A stretch of 64,000 nt of DNA. Source: Eledone cirrhosa (lineage: Eukaryota). The first letter of the stretch is position 1. Every line of letters starts with the position of its first letter. The stretch covers positions 431,148,001 through 431,212,000 of the forward strand of contig OZ024740.1 in the NCBI GenBank assembly GCA_964016885.1. Direction: 5' to 3'. The notes below the pieces were generated by a model. That model worked only from the letters and a program-made list of their open reading frames with translations, was not told the DNA's origin and did not search any database. Positions 14,134 to 27,335 of the stretch are shown in pieces. A program made the position numbers and the translations under genes.

Positions 14134-14974
14134 TTGTTGGAGGAACCCTTCCCTGGTGGACCTTCACCACTTGGCTAATTATAGGTTGGTGAGAGGTTAT
14201 TTAAGCCATAGTTGGGGGTGGATGACTCTCAGAAGTTTATTTGCCCATTTAACAGCTCTTGTTAACTTGCTCATTAGACAAGAGTCTGGTAAGGGAGCTG
14301 GTTTATTTGCTGACTACTGGGCCATGAAGCAGGTTATACTGGGCTACATTGTACCAGGCACAAACTTGGCCTGACTATACAAATATTTAAAAATAACATT
14401 GTTCAAAAATATTTATGATATAAAGAAAATACTGAAATTCAAAGAGAAACAATTGTTTCAAGTTTAATTAAATCACAAGTTTTACTAATTAAATCACAAA
14501 TGCAAAAAATCTGATGCAATATAGAAAAACGTTTTTAAAAAATTAGTTTAACAAAATGTTAAACAGAAAATTTATTATTATAATTTCTGCTTCATTTTAT
14601 ATTATTACTCCTAAAAACAAATGATATTTGTTACAATTGAAGCACTTCAGATTCACTGGCTTTAGATATTAACCCTTTTGTTACCAACATGGCCAAAACA
14701 GTAAGGTTTAATTTGAAAGGGATTCCACTACTATTTTCACCAGATATAGACTAATCAATACATCAGTTATTTTGTTGGGTGATTTTTTTTTCCATTTTAT
14801 TTACTATAAGTTGGATATAATTACAAGAGAAAATGGTGAAAATACCTTGTGTTATTTGTTCTAGCTCTCAGCAATACCTAAATCCATGGACTTTGTAAAA
14901 TCTCATACTATCCCAACCAATAATTTTTACATTAGCCCTTTCATTACCATTTTTATAATGAAATACACTGCTCA

Positions 14975-15250
14975 GACTGGGTGATGTGTTGTTTCCTTGA
15001 GCAAGACACTTTATTTTACATTGCTCCAGTTTACACAGCTGTAGAAATGAGATGATAGGGACTGGGGTCCCTATCATTCCACTGCAAAGTGGTTGTGGAG
15101 GTGCCACGGCAAAAAAGCACCCAGCACTCACTGTAAATGAGGTTGGTGTTAGGAAGGGCATCCAGCTGTAGAAATCAAGCCAGAATCAGTTCCCGTCCCA
15201 CCCTTGCAAGCAGGGAAAAAGCGGATGTAAAATGAAATGAAAAATGAAAT
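14975..15250 (+). mobile_element. SINE-like fragment ending in an RTE family-A 3' tail
   Basis: TGTTGTTTCCTTGAGCAAGACACTT (SINE core-like), then GGTGTTAGGAAGGGCATCC, then CCCTTGCAAGCAGGGAAAAAGCGGATGTAAAATGA as in the RTE end at about 25755. Confidence 0.65.
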
Positions 15251-15849
15251 GACACTGCCTAGTGTATTTTTTTTAATTATCAAGAATTTGGAGAGATTTA
15301 GTAATATAACAAACTTCTTCATTATTAAGCTGTTGTTTGGAACATAACTTAACTCAACACCCTGTACCACACTAAACAGTATTAGCAAGACATTCTTGTA
15401 AAGTACAAAACATTATGACAGCATTAACATTAACGTCCTGTACCACATCAAACCACATTAGAAAGACATTCTTGTAAAGTACAAAACAACATTATGACTG
15501 CATCACATAAATATACAAAGTCTCACACATAAAAAAACCCACAGGAGATATGGAATCTCCCACAAATGAAACTAAATCCTAATAAAACTAAGACTGTTGT
15601 TATCTCCCTTTACACATTCACACTGCTACAATACACAACATAAACAATATAAAACAACAAATATAAACAATATACACAACAAACATATATAAATATATAC
15701 ACAATATAAACTAATCAAAGGTGCTGCAATTCAACACTAACAACTTTTATGAAACTAAAAAAATCATTGTTTCACACATATACAAGGACCAAAATTACAA
15801 ACCTAACATCTTATTCCTGTGAGGGTCATGGGGAGCAGGTCCTGTCAGA

Positions 15850-16340
15850 AGCAATCCTCTCCAACTGATCTGGCTGGATACCCAAGCAAGACTAACCAAG
15901 TTCATGGATGTTATCCAACCATCTTGCCCAGGGTCTACCCCTGAGTCTTATGTCGGTTGGTTTTGCTTGTAAAACCTGTCCAGCAATTCTTCCCTGAGAC
16001 ATTATAACCACATATCTGTAATACCAGAGCTGTGATCTCTCAATTTAGAGAAGTAATGGCTCTACCTGAACTGAGTCTCTGATCTCAGAGTTATGCCCTC
16101 TATTGAGTAACATTACTCCACAGACCCTTCGGAGGAACCTCATTTCAGTCACTTCCATTTTTGATCGAATTCTTTCAATCATTACTCAAGATTCATGACC
16201 GTAAGTAAAGGCTGGCATGAATAGCAAATCAAAGATAGCAAATTTGACGTTTTTACCTACCATTCATCTTTTGATGACCAAGTGTTGAAGCTGGTGCAAC
16301 AATGTACCAGCTTCAGCAATTCTTGCATTTAATTCATTTC
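15850..16340 (-). mobile_element. Decayed RTE-clade LINE fragment (third family)
   Basis: Minus-strand reading gives LKIERSQLWYY...RLRGRPWARWLDNI-like C-terminal RTE motifs. Confidence 0.6.
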
Positions 16341-17124
16341 TACTTGCTTCAGTGTAACTCCACTCACTTGCAGAGTGCACTGCACAGGCTTTAATGAGAG
16401 GACAAATATCTCATTTGTGCCATGTAGCTCAACCAACTGATCCTACACCTGCCAGTTTTGATACTACTTCCAAACAGGCCATGCATGTCAATCTTGTTCA
16501 ACATGGCTCTCTAAGATACTCAACACTTTATGGAAACCAACATAAAATGTTGGCTAGTAAATTACCTCTCATGTTACCAAAGACTAGTTTATAACAATAC
16601 AACTGTAGTCAGAAGCTACAACCTTCCAACACCTCAAAATACAGTCTTAAATGTAGATATACAGCCTCATCATGTCTCCAATCCAACACTTTAATACCTA
16701 GGTCCAAAATAGCAGATTTAAAATGGTACTTGCTAAATCTACCATTTCTCTCTTCTTACCAGTAACATCAGAAACCATCAATTATAACTATCACATTCAA
16801 CATAAACATACCACATATACAAAAAACATATCATCATAATCGTTTTATGTCTGTTTTTCCACGCTTGCATTGTTGGACAGTGTAAGAATTACATATCACA
16901 AATCTACAACATTCACAGACAGTAAAGAAAGCAAAACAGTACCTAAACATAGTTAAAGCATTGACCTGGTCAACATTGCTACAACATTGTCCTGGTCAAC
17001 ATAGTTAGAACATTCACTTGGTCAACAGAAACACCATTAATATACATACAATACATTTTTCATTGTAAATTACACCAGTACTGTTTTGGGCTCCCTATCT
17101 CTCCACAACAAATCAAACTTCAAA

Positions 17125-17295
17125 GACCACAAGACACCACACTTTGTATAACAAGCTGCACTGTGACCACAAGACACCACACTTTGTATCATAAGCTGCA
17201 CTGTGACCATAAGACACCACACTTTGTATCATAACAAGCTGCAGTGTGACCACAAGACACCACTCTTTGTATCATAAGCTGCACTGAGACCACTT
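17125..17295. repeat. Minisatellite, about 40-bp unit x4 (GACCACAAGACACCACACTTTGTATCATAAGCTGCACTGT)
   Basis: Direct reading. Confidence 0.9.
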
Positions 17296-17766
17296 GTACA
17301 ACAAAACAAAATACAAGGGACACAATGTGTTATTGAAATAAACTTTGATGTTCATAGCTCCTGCAACTACATGCAGCATCGTTCCCAAACAAAACCACAT
17401 CTACAACACACTCCTAAGGACACTATTTCTCCTACTCAACCCAGACAAATATAATACATACACACAACAATATTATAACAGTATGGTAGGATGCAGTAAT
17501 GATAAGTACCAGGAGCAGACATTACCTAGCCTGACTCTGTTGTGGTCCTCATCAGAATATAAAGATATAAAGAAACTGTACAGTAGAGAGAATACAACAA
17601 TCTGTGGATGTTAGCATGTGTAGTATGGTCAACATATGTCATAAAAAGGCATGATATATCTGTGGTCAGCTTCATCAGAGCTGACCAGCTCTTACACAAC
17701 AACAACACTTGACAAAATACTGTGCTTTGTCATTACATTAAGGAAAGAAAATAAATTGAAACTTAC

Positions 17767-17892
17767 AACTCCATTTGTATCATTAACACCATTTATCTTA
17801 ATTCTTGTGAGAAATTTGATATTAGGAGGTTCTTCAGGGTATCTTGGACTACATTCTATCTTCAAATTATATATTCTACCCTCATAAGGGGT
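17767..17892 (-). CDS. UBE2V: UBE2V-family internal coding exon ([42 protein letters not shown])
   Basis: Acceptor TTTCTTTTAG and donor GTAAGT. 126 nt, phase 0/0. Matches UBE2V TxYENRIYSLKxECGPKYPEAPP..F.TKINMNGVN. Absent from the ORF track. Confidence 0.96.
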
Positions 17893-18146
17893 CTAAAAGA
17901 AAGAAAGAAAGAAAGATTTAATCATACTCTAAACCAAACATAGTTTCAATGGAGTTTGAAATATATTCTAATCATACTCCAAGACAGTTTTAATCAGAAA
18001 TAATTATGCAAATATTTTGACAAAATTTCACATTAAGTATTATATAATCAACCTAAAGTCATTGTCAGAAATAATGTCAATAATTACATGTACAGGAAAA
18101 ACTAAATATTTCTTTGGATATTTATATAGGCCAAACTAATGAGATT

Positions 18147-18770
18147 GTGTAGGTAACACGGTAAAGAGGTTCCCCGTCTACACTGTAAATGTGGTTGGTG
18201 TTAGGAAGGGCATCCAGCTGTAGAAAACCTGCCAGATAGTCCTCTACAAACAAGACATGGTCACCTGATCAATCTAGCCTCAAGTGGGACAACTCCCGTC
18301 TAACCCATGCTAGCAGGGAAGATGGACATTAAATGATAATGATGATAGGCATAGCCATCATCACAATCAACATCATTTAATGTCTATCTTCCCCGCTAGC
18401 ATGGGTTAGACGAGGAGTTGTCCCACTTGAGGCTAGATTGATCAGGTGACCATGTCTCGCTCATATAGGACTATCTGGCAGGTTTTCTACGGTTGAATGC
18501 CCTTCCTAACACCAACCACATTTACAGTGTAGACGGGGAACCTCTTTACCGTGTTACCTACACGATCCCTTTACAGTGTGGACTGTGTTTTTTGTCATGA
18601 CACCTACAAGACCTCATTTATTTAGGACTGGATGTTGTGGTACCAACATAACTTTACAGAGAAAGGGTGTTATTGGTGGGAGTGGGAGGATGGAGTAGGG
18701 GTAGTGGGTTGGGGTGTATATTTGGTTAGGAACGGCCTACTGACTGTAGGTTAACTTTGCATGTAGGGAA
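18147..18770. mobile_element. Tail-to-tail inverted pair of RTE family-B 3'-end fragments (+ 18147-18345; - 18372-18770)
   Basis: About 190-bp near-perfect reverse-complement arms with facing (GAT)n/(ATC)n tails. Confidence 0.9.
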
Positions 18771-19593
18771 GGTTGTGTCATATTTGGTAGATAGAAGCAA
18801 TAGTGAAAGAAGTGTGTTGTGTCCAAAATGTTCAGCTTAGCAATTCAATAAGCATAAATCAATAAAATAAATATTGAAGTTAAAACTGTTGAAAGTGGTG
18901 CCCAGCTGCAGCCCAATGATAGGACCTATTAAAAGAATATATAGTAATTTTACAGATCACAAGAGCTGATTGAAGAATTGAAGTTTTATGATTAAAATTC
19001 TACAAATAAAATCATTTTAACAGCCACAGAATAAAGGATGCTTTTTCTTCTTCGTCTACTTATTTCTGAGAGGGTTATAGGGGCCAAATAAGATCAAACC
19101 AGACCCAACTGGGCCTTTTATTCTAATTCTATACTATATATCAATGAGCTGTATTATTGTCAAATATTTACTCACTTTTAAGCAATAATATAAAACAGAC
19201 AAGCTATAAAATTTAATTCACACAATTTTCATACAATTTAAACAAAACAAAAGAAAGAAAAATGAGATATAATTTTTAATGTCTTCCACTACAATAATCA
19301 TGATTGCCATTGTTTTTTATAACATTGTATATTGTTCATCACCTTACATGTGGGAGAAGAGGCAAATAAAATGTAAATCTAATTTTACTAAAGCCAGTAG
19401 AGTCTATGTTATATATTAATGGAAAGTTTTAGAAATTGTCAAACTATATTAGGGAGAGGGGCGACTATAAGCTATTGTTCTCATTACAACTGTCAAGACT
19501 AGTCACCATCAACACTAATTCTAACAATCTGTTGAAACATATGGAACTCACAAGGTTCACAAATCTATATTAAGATATCACTTTTCGTTACTT

Positions 19594-19947
19594 CCATATA
19601 TGGTCAATAACATTTAGTAACCATCTCTACCATATATGGTCAATACTATTTAGTAACCATCTCTACCATATATGGTCAATACTATTTAGTAACCATCTCT
19701 ACCATATATGGTCAATACTATTTAGTAACCATCTCTACCATATATGGTCAATACGATTTAGTAACCATCGCTACCATATATGGTCAATACTATTTAGTAA
19801 CCATCTCTACCATATATGGTCAATACTATTTAGTAACCATCTCTACCATATATGGTCAATACTATTTAGTAACCATCTCTACCATATATGGTCAATACGA
19901 TTTAGTAACCATCTCTACCATATATGGTCAATACAATTTAGTAACCA
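19594..19947. repeat. Minisatellite, 36-bp unit (CCATATATGGTCAATACTATTTAGTAACCATCTCTA), about 10 copies
   Basis: Direct reading. Confidence 0.95.
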
Positions 19948-20001
19948 CCCCTTAACATCCTCTACCACATTTGACTGCATTAGCAAGATAGAAAACACCA
20001 T

Positions 20002-21708
20002 TAACACTACATTACACTAACACTGCATTACACTAACACTACATTACACTAACACTACATTACACTAACACTACATTACACTAACACTGCATTACACTAA
20101 CACTGCATTACACTAACACTACATTACACTAACACTACATTACACTAACACTGCATTACACTAAGACTACATAACACTAACACTACATTTCACTAACACT
20201 ACATTACACTAACACTACATTACACTAACACTGCATTACACTAACACTGCATTACACTAACACTACATTACACTAACACTATGTAGTGACCTACATTCCG
20301 CGGGGTCACATGCATTCTCTGTGCATGATTTGGCTCAGCTCAGCCAATCAGCGCCAGCAGAAGAGGATGTATCCCTACGCGTCCTGAGAGAGAAATTACC
20401 CGCAAAGATTTGAAGAAAATCTCTCTCTCGCACCTGGGACTTCGAACCAGCAACACGTACATGTGACGGTGAGATTTTGCACCTTAACCTGCCGACTTTC
20501 CGGTGCAATGACACATTCTCTTTTGTAACCTCATTTTTATGTGCAACTTCAACCATACAAGTTAACCAACATTATTTGTGCTACAACAAAAATAAACATA
20601 CATTTCATCTCTAATTTCTGCTGTTGAAATCATTATTCTGTTACTCGTGTCTCAATAACATTTAATTTACCATGCTGCTTATTTGGCGACCGGCTCTCGG
20701 TCAGTTCACTCACGAGTAAGTTCGTTAACCTTATTATATCTCTATCGAATTTAATTAGTGGTTGGCCTGCAGTGGCGTTTACCAAAGTAAATAACCCTGT
20801 GACCAATTCCCTAAAACTACATTACACTAACACTACACTAACACTGCATTACACTAACACTGCATTACACTAACACTGCATTACACTAACACTGCATTAC
20901 ACTAACACTACATTACACTAACACTACACTGCATTACACTAACACTACATTACACTAACACTACATTACACTAACACTGCATTACACTAACACTACATTA
21001 CACTAACACTGCATTACACTAACACTGCATTGCACTAACACTGCATTACACTAACACTACATTACAATAACACTGCATTACACTAACACTGCATTACACT
21101 AACACTGCATTACACTAACACTGCATTACACTAACACTACATTACACTAATATTACATTACACTAACACTGCATTACACTAACACTGCATTGCACTAACA
21201 CTACATCACACTAACACTACATTACACTAACACTACATTACACTAACACTGCATTACACTAACACTGCATTGCACTAACACTACATTACACTAACACTGC
21301 ATTACACTAACACTACATTACACTAACACTACATTACACTAACACTACATTACACTAACACTGCATTACACTAACACTACATTACACTAACACTGCATTA
21401 CACTAACACTACATTACACTAACACTGCATTACACTAACACTACATAACACTAACACTGCATTACACTAACACTACATTACACTAATATTACATTACACT
21501 AACACTACATTACACTAACACTACATTACACTAACACTGCATTACACTAACACTACATTACACTAACACTGCATTACACTAACACTACATTACACTAACA
21601 CTGCATTACACTAACACTGCATTACACTAACACTGCATTACACTAACACTGCATTACGCTAACACTACATTACACTAACACTACATTATACTAACACTAA
21701 TACTACAT
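20002..21708. repeat. 16-bp tandem array (TAACACTRCATTACAC), interrupted at 20282-20821
   Basis: Direct reading; A/G variant units. Confidence 0.95.
20282..20821 (+). mobile_element. Probable solo LTR (540 bp)
   Basis: Begins TGTAGT and ends ACTACA (TG...CA inverted ends). Contains CCAAT at about 20344 and AATAAA at about 20591. Higher GC/CpG than its flanks. No clear TSD. Confidence 0.65.
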
Positions 21709-22041
21709 CATATTCAAAATTAAATGTCCATTTTAACAGTCAATTTTTACAACAAGCTGTACCAGTAAAGATATATTTGAATTGACAAACTTATTACAAG
21801 ATGTTAAAAGTTTAAGTTATCAATTTCATTTCCTGGTGCCACTTTATGTTTATAAACATTATATAACAAACTAGATGCAACAAAGGTTATACTTCTACCG
21901 ATGAAGGACAATATACAGAAATATTGCCTTACTTTCTTGTTTGGTCAATGAATAATATTTGCTGATTGGCAGTGATACAAACAATGATTCATAACATAGT
22001 GTATATACAGGGAGTGTGTGTGTGTATATATATATATATAC

Positions 22042-22525
22042 ACAATTACACCTCTCTACGACAATGTCACTGGGCCGAGATCTTTGGTGCCACGCAGTAA
22101 TACAGAAGACCCGCCTTGCCTAGGTACAAAGCGAAACCTACAGTCAGGAGGCACCTCTTAACCAAATATACACCTCAACACACTACCCCTACTCCATCCT
22201 CCCACTCCTACCAACACCACCATTTCTCTATAAAGTTATGTTGGTACCCCAACATCCAGTCCAAACTAATGAGGTTGTGTAGGTGTCACAACAAAAAAAA
22301 CACACAGTCCACACTGTAATGTGGCTGTGTAGGTAACACAGTAAAAAGGCTCCCAGTCCACTGTAAATGTGGTTGGTGTTAGGAAGGGCATCCAGCCGTA
22401 GAAAACCTGCCAGATAGTCCTATACGAGCGAGACACGGTCACCCGACCAATCTTGCCTCAAGTGGGACAATTCCTGTCTAACCCATGCTAGTGTGGAAGA
22501 TGGACGTTAAACGATGATGATGATG
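22042..22525 (+). mobile_element. 5'-truncated RTE family-B copy (ORF end plus 3' UTR, (GAT)n tail)
   Basis: QLHLSTTMSLGRDLWCHAVIQKTR matches QLHLSKTMTHDRDFWRHAVIQSTR of the intact element. Flanked by (TA)n. Confidence 0.85.
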
Positions 22526-22689
22526 ATATATATAAGCATCCAGTCCATGCTGTAAAATGGAGGGGTGGATAGGGCCCCTGAGTCCAGTAAGACAACCTCT
22601 CTAGTGCTGGTGGCACGAATAAAAGCACCTCGTCCATGCTGTAAAGTGGTGCTGGTGTTAGGAAGGGCATCCAACCAGTATATATACTA

Positions 22690-25600
22690 CTGCCAAACAC
22701 TATGAACGCAACAAATGCGTAAACAGCAATAACACTAACCATGTTAGGGCTGCACACAGTAGTGGGGTGGCGAGTGAGGCCATGTGCGAGAACCCCCCCG
22801 ACCGTCATCAAGCAATTGCACAAAAACAACTGCGTAAACAGCAATAACACTAACCATGTTAGGGCTGCACACAGTAGTGGGGTGGCTAGTGAGGCCATGT
22901 GTGAGAACCCACGACCGTCATCAAGCAATCGCACAACAGGAAAAAGAACGAGACGTCGCATCTCAGAGTTGCCACACCAAATGTTGGCACTCTAACAGGT
23001 AGATCTGGTGAGATAGTGGAGATGCTGGAGAGAAGGCATGTGGATGTGTGCTGCGTGCAAGAGGTGAGATGGAGAGGTGCCTCTGCAAGACTAATCGCAG
23101 GCAAACATCGTAGTTATAAGGTTTCTGGGTGGGTAATGATGATGAGTTAGGTGGGGTGGGCATATTACTGGCTGAGAGATGGATCAATAAGACAATAGAG
23201 GTAGTTAGAGTTAGTGATAGAATAATTAAGCTTAGATTAGTTGTAGGCAAGAGACTACTGCCTATGCTTCCCAGGCAGGCCTAGGTAAAGAAGTGAAAGA
23301 CTGCTTTTACGAGCGACTTTTACAAACAGCCTCAATGACAGAGGACAGAGACATTGTTATGCTAGCATGTTGGACAGCTCCAGGATGGATACACATGGGT
23401 ACGTGGTGGGCACGGTTACGGCTCAAGAAATGAAGGAGTGAGGCTTATTGAATTTTGTGATGCAAATGTACTAACCATTTGCAACACTAACTTCCAGAAG
23501 CCTACCAACCACCTAATAACCTACCAATCAGGCGAGCACATAAGCCAGATTGACTTCCTGCTAGTTAGACAATGAGACAGACAGATGGTGTCAAATACCA
23601 AGGCATACCCCGGGGAAGAATATACCCCCACAGCATAGGTTAGTTGTTAGTGATATCTCAGTAAGCAAGAGACGGAATGAGACATACAGGAAGGTGTGGA
23701 GAAGAAAGGTCTGGGAGCTAAAAGACCCTTTCACTAAAATACAAATTTAGGCCATTAGAGACAAAAGACTAGCATGGAAGGCTTGGAAAAATGGTGGGAG
23801 TAGGGAAGGATACACAGCCACTAAGAGAGAAGCTAGACGTCAGGTGTACTTAGCACGCAGGGAGGCTGAGAGTAGGAGGTTTGCCAATGTACTGCAACGG
23901 GAAGATCAGAGACGTGCAGTGTTCCACATTGCAGGGCAGTGTGTCAGTGCAAATCAGGATGTTGGAGATAAATGTGTCCGGAATGATGCCAGTGTACTTA
24001 GTGTCACGAATGATCAAAAAAAGGAGGCCTGGAAATACCACTATGAGAGACTGATGAATGTGGAGAACGAATGGGGCAGAGAGAAATTACCCCCAGTAGA
24101 CCCAACAGAGGGACCAGCTATTGAGATTGACGAATATAGGGTACAAGAGGCAATTAAGGAAATGAAGAATGGTAAGGCTGCTGGACCATCGGGGATAGTT
24201 GCTGAGATGCTGAAGGCACTAAACAGGTTGCACGCATCATCAATCAAGCTATATATGGTGGTGTCATACCCAAAGACTGGTGCAGCAGTATTCTCATAAA
24301 TTGCTACAAAGGTAAAGAGGATGCTCTAGAGAGGAGCAATTATAGGGGCATAAAGCTGATGGATCAGGTTATGAAAGTGGCAGAGAGAATATTAGCGCAA
24401 CTGATTAGAGAAAGGGTCAAATTAGATGAGATGCAGTTTGGTTTTGTGCCCCGGAAAAGTACAACAGATGCCCTCTTCTTAGTGAGGCAACTACAAGAGA
24501 AGTTCTTAGAGAAGAATAAGCAACTATACTTAGCTTTTGTTGACCTAGAGAAAGCCTTTGATAGGGTACCCCGATCTGCCATCTGGTGGTCCCTAAGGAA
24601 ACTAGGTGTAGAGGAATGGGTTGTGAGGACAGTGCAAGCTATGTACAGGGGTGCTGTCAGTAAAATGAGAGTAAGCATGGAGTTTAGTGAGGAATTCCAG
24701 ATACAAGCAGGTGTACATCAGGGTTCAGTCCTCAGCCCGCTCTTGTTCATTATAGTCCTCCAAGCCATAACAGAGGAGTTTAAGACTGTATGCCCATGGG
24801 AACTTCTCTATGCTGATGATCTGGTTCTTATAGCAGAATCAGTAGAGGAGCTAGAGAATAAATTCTGGCTATGGAAATAGCAGTTGGAATCAAGAGATCT
24901 GAGAGTGAACATAGCTAAGACAAAAGTGTTGATAAGTAGAAGAGAGGACAAAACTCTGATTCCATCAGGGATCAGGGAAATGGCCATGTTTCATATGTAG
25001 GAAAGGAACTGGCATAAATTCCATAAAATGTACGCAATGCAGATCTTGGGTACACAAAAGATGTAGGGGGATAGCAGGCAAACTAACAGGCAGGAAAAAC
25101 TATGTATGCAGTAGATGTAGAGGGAAATTTGACAGTAGTAGTAATAGAAGTGATAGACACATTTTTCCAATGCAGGTGGGTTCTATAGAAGTGGTTGATA
25201 GCTTCCGGTACCTAGGAGATATCAGATTAGCATGGGAGGGGGGTGTTCCGAGGCCATAGTATCTAGAATAAGTATGTGTTGGAAGAAGTTTAGAGAGCTG
25301 CTGCTTCTGTTGACAAAGGGTTTCTCCCTGTGTACGAAAGGATGGTTATATGATCTCTGTGTGAGATGCGCAATGCTGCATGGTAGTGAGACATGGGCAG
25401 CAACTGCAGCGGATATGCAACGGCTGGAGAGAAATGAAGCAAGTATGCTCCGTTGGATGTGTAATGTCAATGTGTGTCAACGACCAAGCATAGACAAGTT
25501 GAGAAAGAAACTGTGTTTAAGAAGGATAAGTTGTGGTGTGCAGGAGAGAAGGCTGAGATGGTACGGACATGTGATGCACATGGAAGATGACCACTGGGTA

Positions 25601-25798
25601 AAGAAGTGCCAAGAAATCCCAGTAGAAGGAAGACGCATTAGGGGTAGACCACGAAAAACATGGGTGGAGGTGGTGAGAGCAGACCTCAGATCGCTGAAAC
25701 CCACGAAGGACCGGACAAGTGGAGAGATGTTTCGCTGAATAGGACCCGTCCAACCCTTGCAAGCAGGGAAAAGCGAACGTAAAATGATGATGATGATG

Positions 25799-25800
<2 letters not shown>
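22690..25800 (+). mobile_element. Near full-length decayed RTE LINE (family A): APE, RT and PHD-like finger, with frameshifts, stops and an internal deletion near 23740
   Basis: Fragments NVGTLTGRSGEIVEMLERR (APE), MQFGFVP, AFVDLEKAFDRVP, GVHQGSVLSPLLF, LLYADDL and LRWYGHVM. Tail AAAATGATGATGATG followed by (TA)n. Confidence 0.95.
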
Positions 25801-25831
<31 letters not shown>

Positions 25832-26145
25832 TACATATATAAGTCTTGCTATGACTGTTTTAAGTTAATATCAGCAACGAGTGAGTAAACACCAGAAATG
25901 ATCAGTGGTTAATGATGAAATGTTTATTAAGCCTGGGTATGTTTTAACAATATTAGACATAACATTTAACGAAAAGGGAGGAACAAAACAAATGTATTAC
26001 AACTTTTCTTACTATTTGGATTGGAGGAGGTTAGGGGTATATGTAAGTTTATCCTTTGCTAGCTTCAAGTGGCCATATTGTTGAAGATATTTGATGACAA
26101 GTTAGAGATACATCTACTGATATTATTAAGATTCTTTAACATGTC

Positions 26146-26395
26146 GGGCTGAGGAGGCCAAACTCTTCAAATACTGGTCGCTCTCCGACAGGTTTGCGGT
26201 TGTATCCTTGGCAGTGGAGACTTCTGGTGTCCTCAGCCCTAGAGCTACCTCTCTACTCACCACCATAGGCACTGAGCTGGCCAGCTGCAGGTGTGAGCCC
26301 TGCGAGTTGGAGTGGCCCTTCCAGCGCGTCTCCCTTGTCGTCCTCCAGGGAAACGCCTTCTCAATCCTGTCCGCTGGAGCTGTGGGGAGACAAGC
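26146..26395 (+). mobile_element. 3' fragment of a CRE-clade (restriction-like endonuclease) non-LTR retrotransposon
   Basis: AEEAKLFKYWSLSDRFAVVSLAVETSGVLSPRA...IGTELA...FQRVSLVVLQGNAFSIL fits the K..KY...F.P.A.ET.G...QR.S..VQRGNA C-terminal signature recalled for CRE-like elements. GC-rich island in AT-rich DNA. Confidence 0.7.
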
Positions 26396-27280
26396 CAATT
26401 ATATTACGAATTCTGTTGAATAGTCTTAAATACTTCAAAACCCGGGGGAAAACTTACATGTACATTGTGTTTATGAAGGTACAGTCGATCCGACGGACTT
26501 TAAGTAATTTCTGTCTACTTAATTTTACTCAATCTACAGATATAATAAACTAATGTCTGTGATGAAAGGAAAAAAAATTAACACTAAATATAGCAGGATT
26601 CTATATTAATGTGTTTCTTATGATACATAGTTCATATTTGTAGTGAAATTGAGGGTAACATCTAATAAATGTATAATAGTAATGAGTTATTATTAGGTTG
26701 AAGTTATTGAAGATGTTAATAAATTCTTATCTAGATGTATCTGTTTAGGCATTGACATAGCCAATGACCTTAATAAATCTACAGACTAAGTGCCAGAGAC
26801 CTCCATATGTTGCCACTTTCAGAAGTATCTACAGCAAGTTTATACATCAAAAAGATCAATACTTAAATATTAACCCAATCACAATCTATTTCCTTCCTAC
26901 CCCTATAGTCTCTGTTAATTATATTATCCCTGTCAATAACTCTGTATAACATATAAGAATACACTCATTAACAATGTCTTAAACTCTTTACTATACAGCA
27001 GTTATTTAATTACCTATCAACCTTGTTATACTTCACTAAATTTTAGTTAACTCAAGGAAAATAACTCCTCCATAAAATATTAATATTTACTGAGTTATGT
27101 TCCTTACCATATCTTCAAACTGAGAATGTAATATTGGTAAAGATAAAAACAATAACTATTCATATATATATATAAGTATATATACGTACATACATATATG
27201 TATACAGACGTACAGTAGTATGTATATATACATATACATAAGGAAAGTATATACTTTCGGACGTTCAATCATCTGGCAGG

Positions 27281-27335
27281 AAGGTATACGTTGCTGACGA
27301 TAGCTAATAAGCTTGAAACTAGTACAGCGTTCCTT
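27281..27335 (+). ncRNA. Minimal type I hammerhead ribozyme motif
   Basis: Stem I ACGUUG/CAGCGU (plus AAGG/CCUU). Core CUGACGA at 27294. Stem II AGC-UAAUAA-GCU. GAAA at 27315. Palindromic stem III CUAG. Cleavage triplet GUA at 27322-27324. Confidence 0.8.

Noticed and set aside
22536-22680. Twister- or HDV-like ribozyme ahead of the RTE
   Set aside because: Only a loose resemblance (GTAAAATGGAGGGG). The required pseudoknots could not be built by eye, and an Infernal search would decide.
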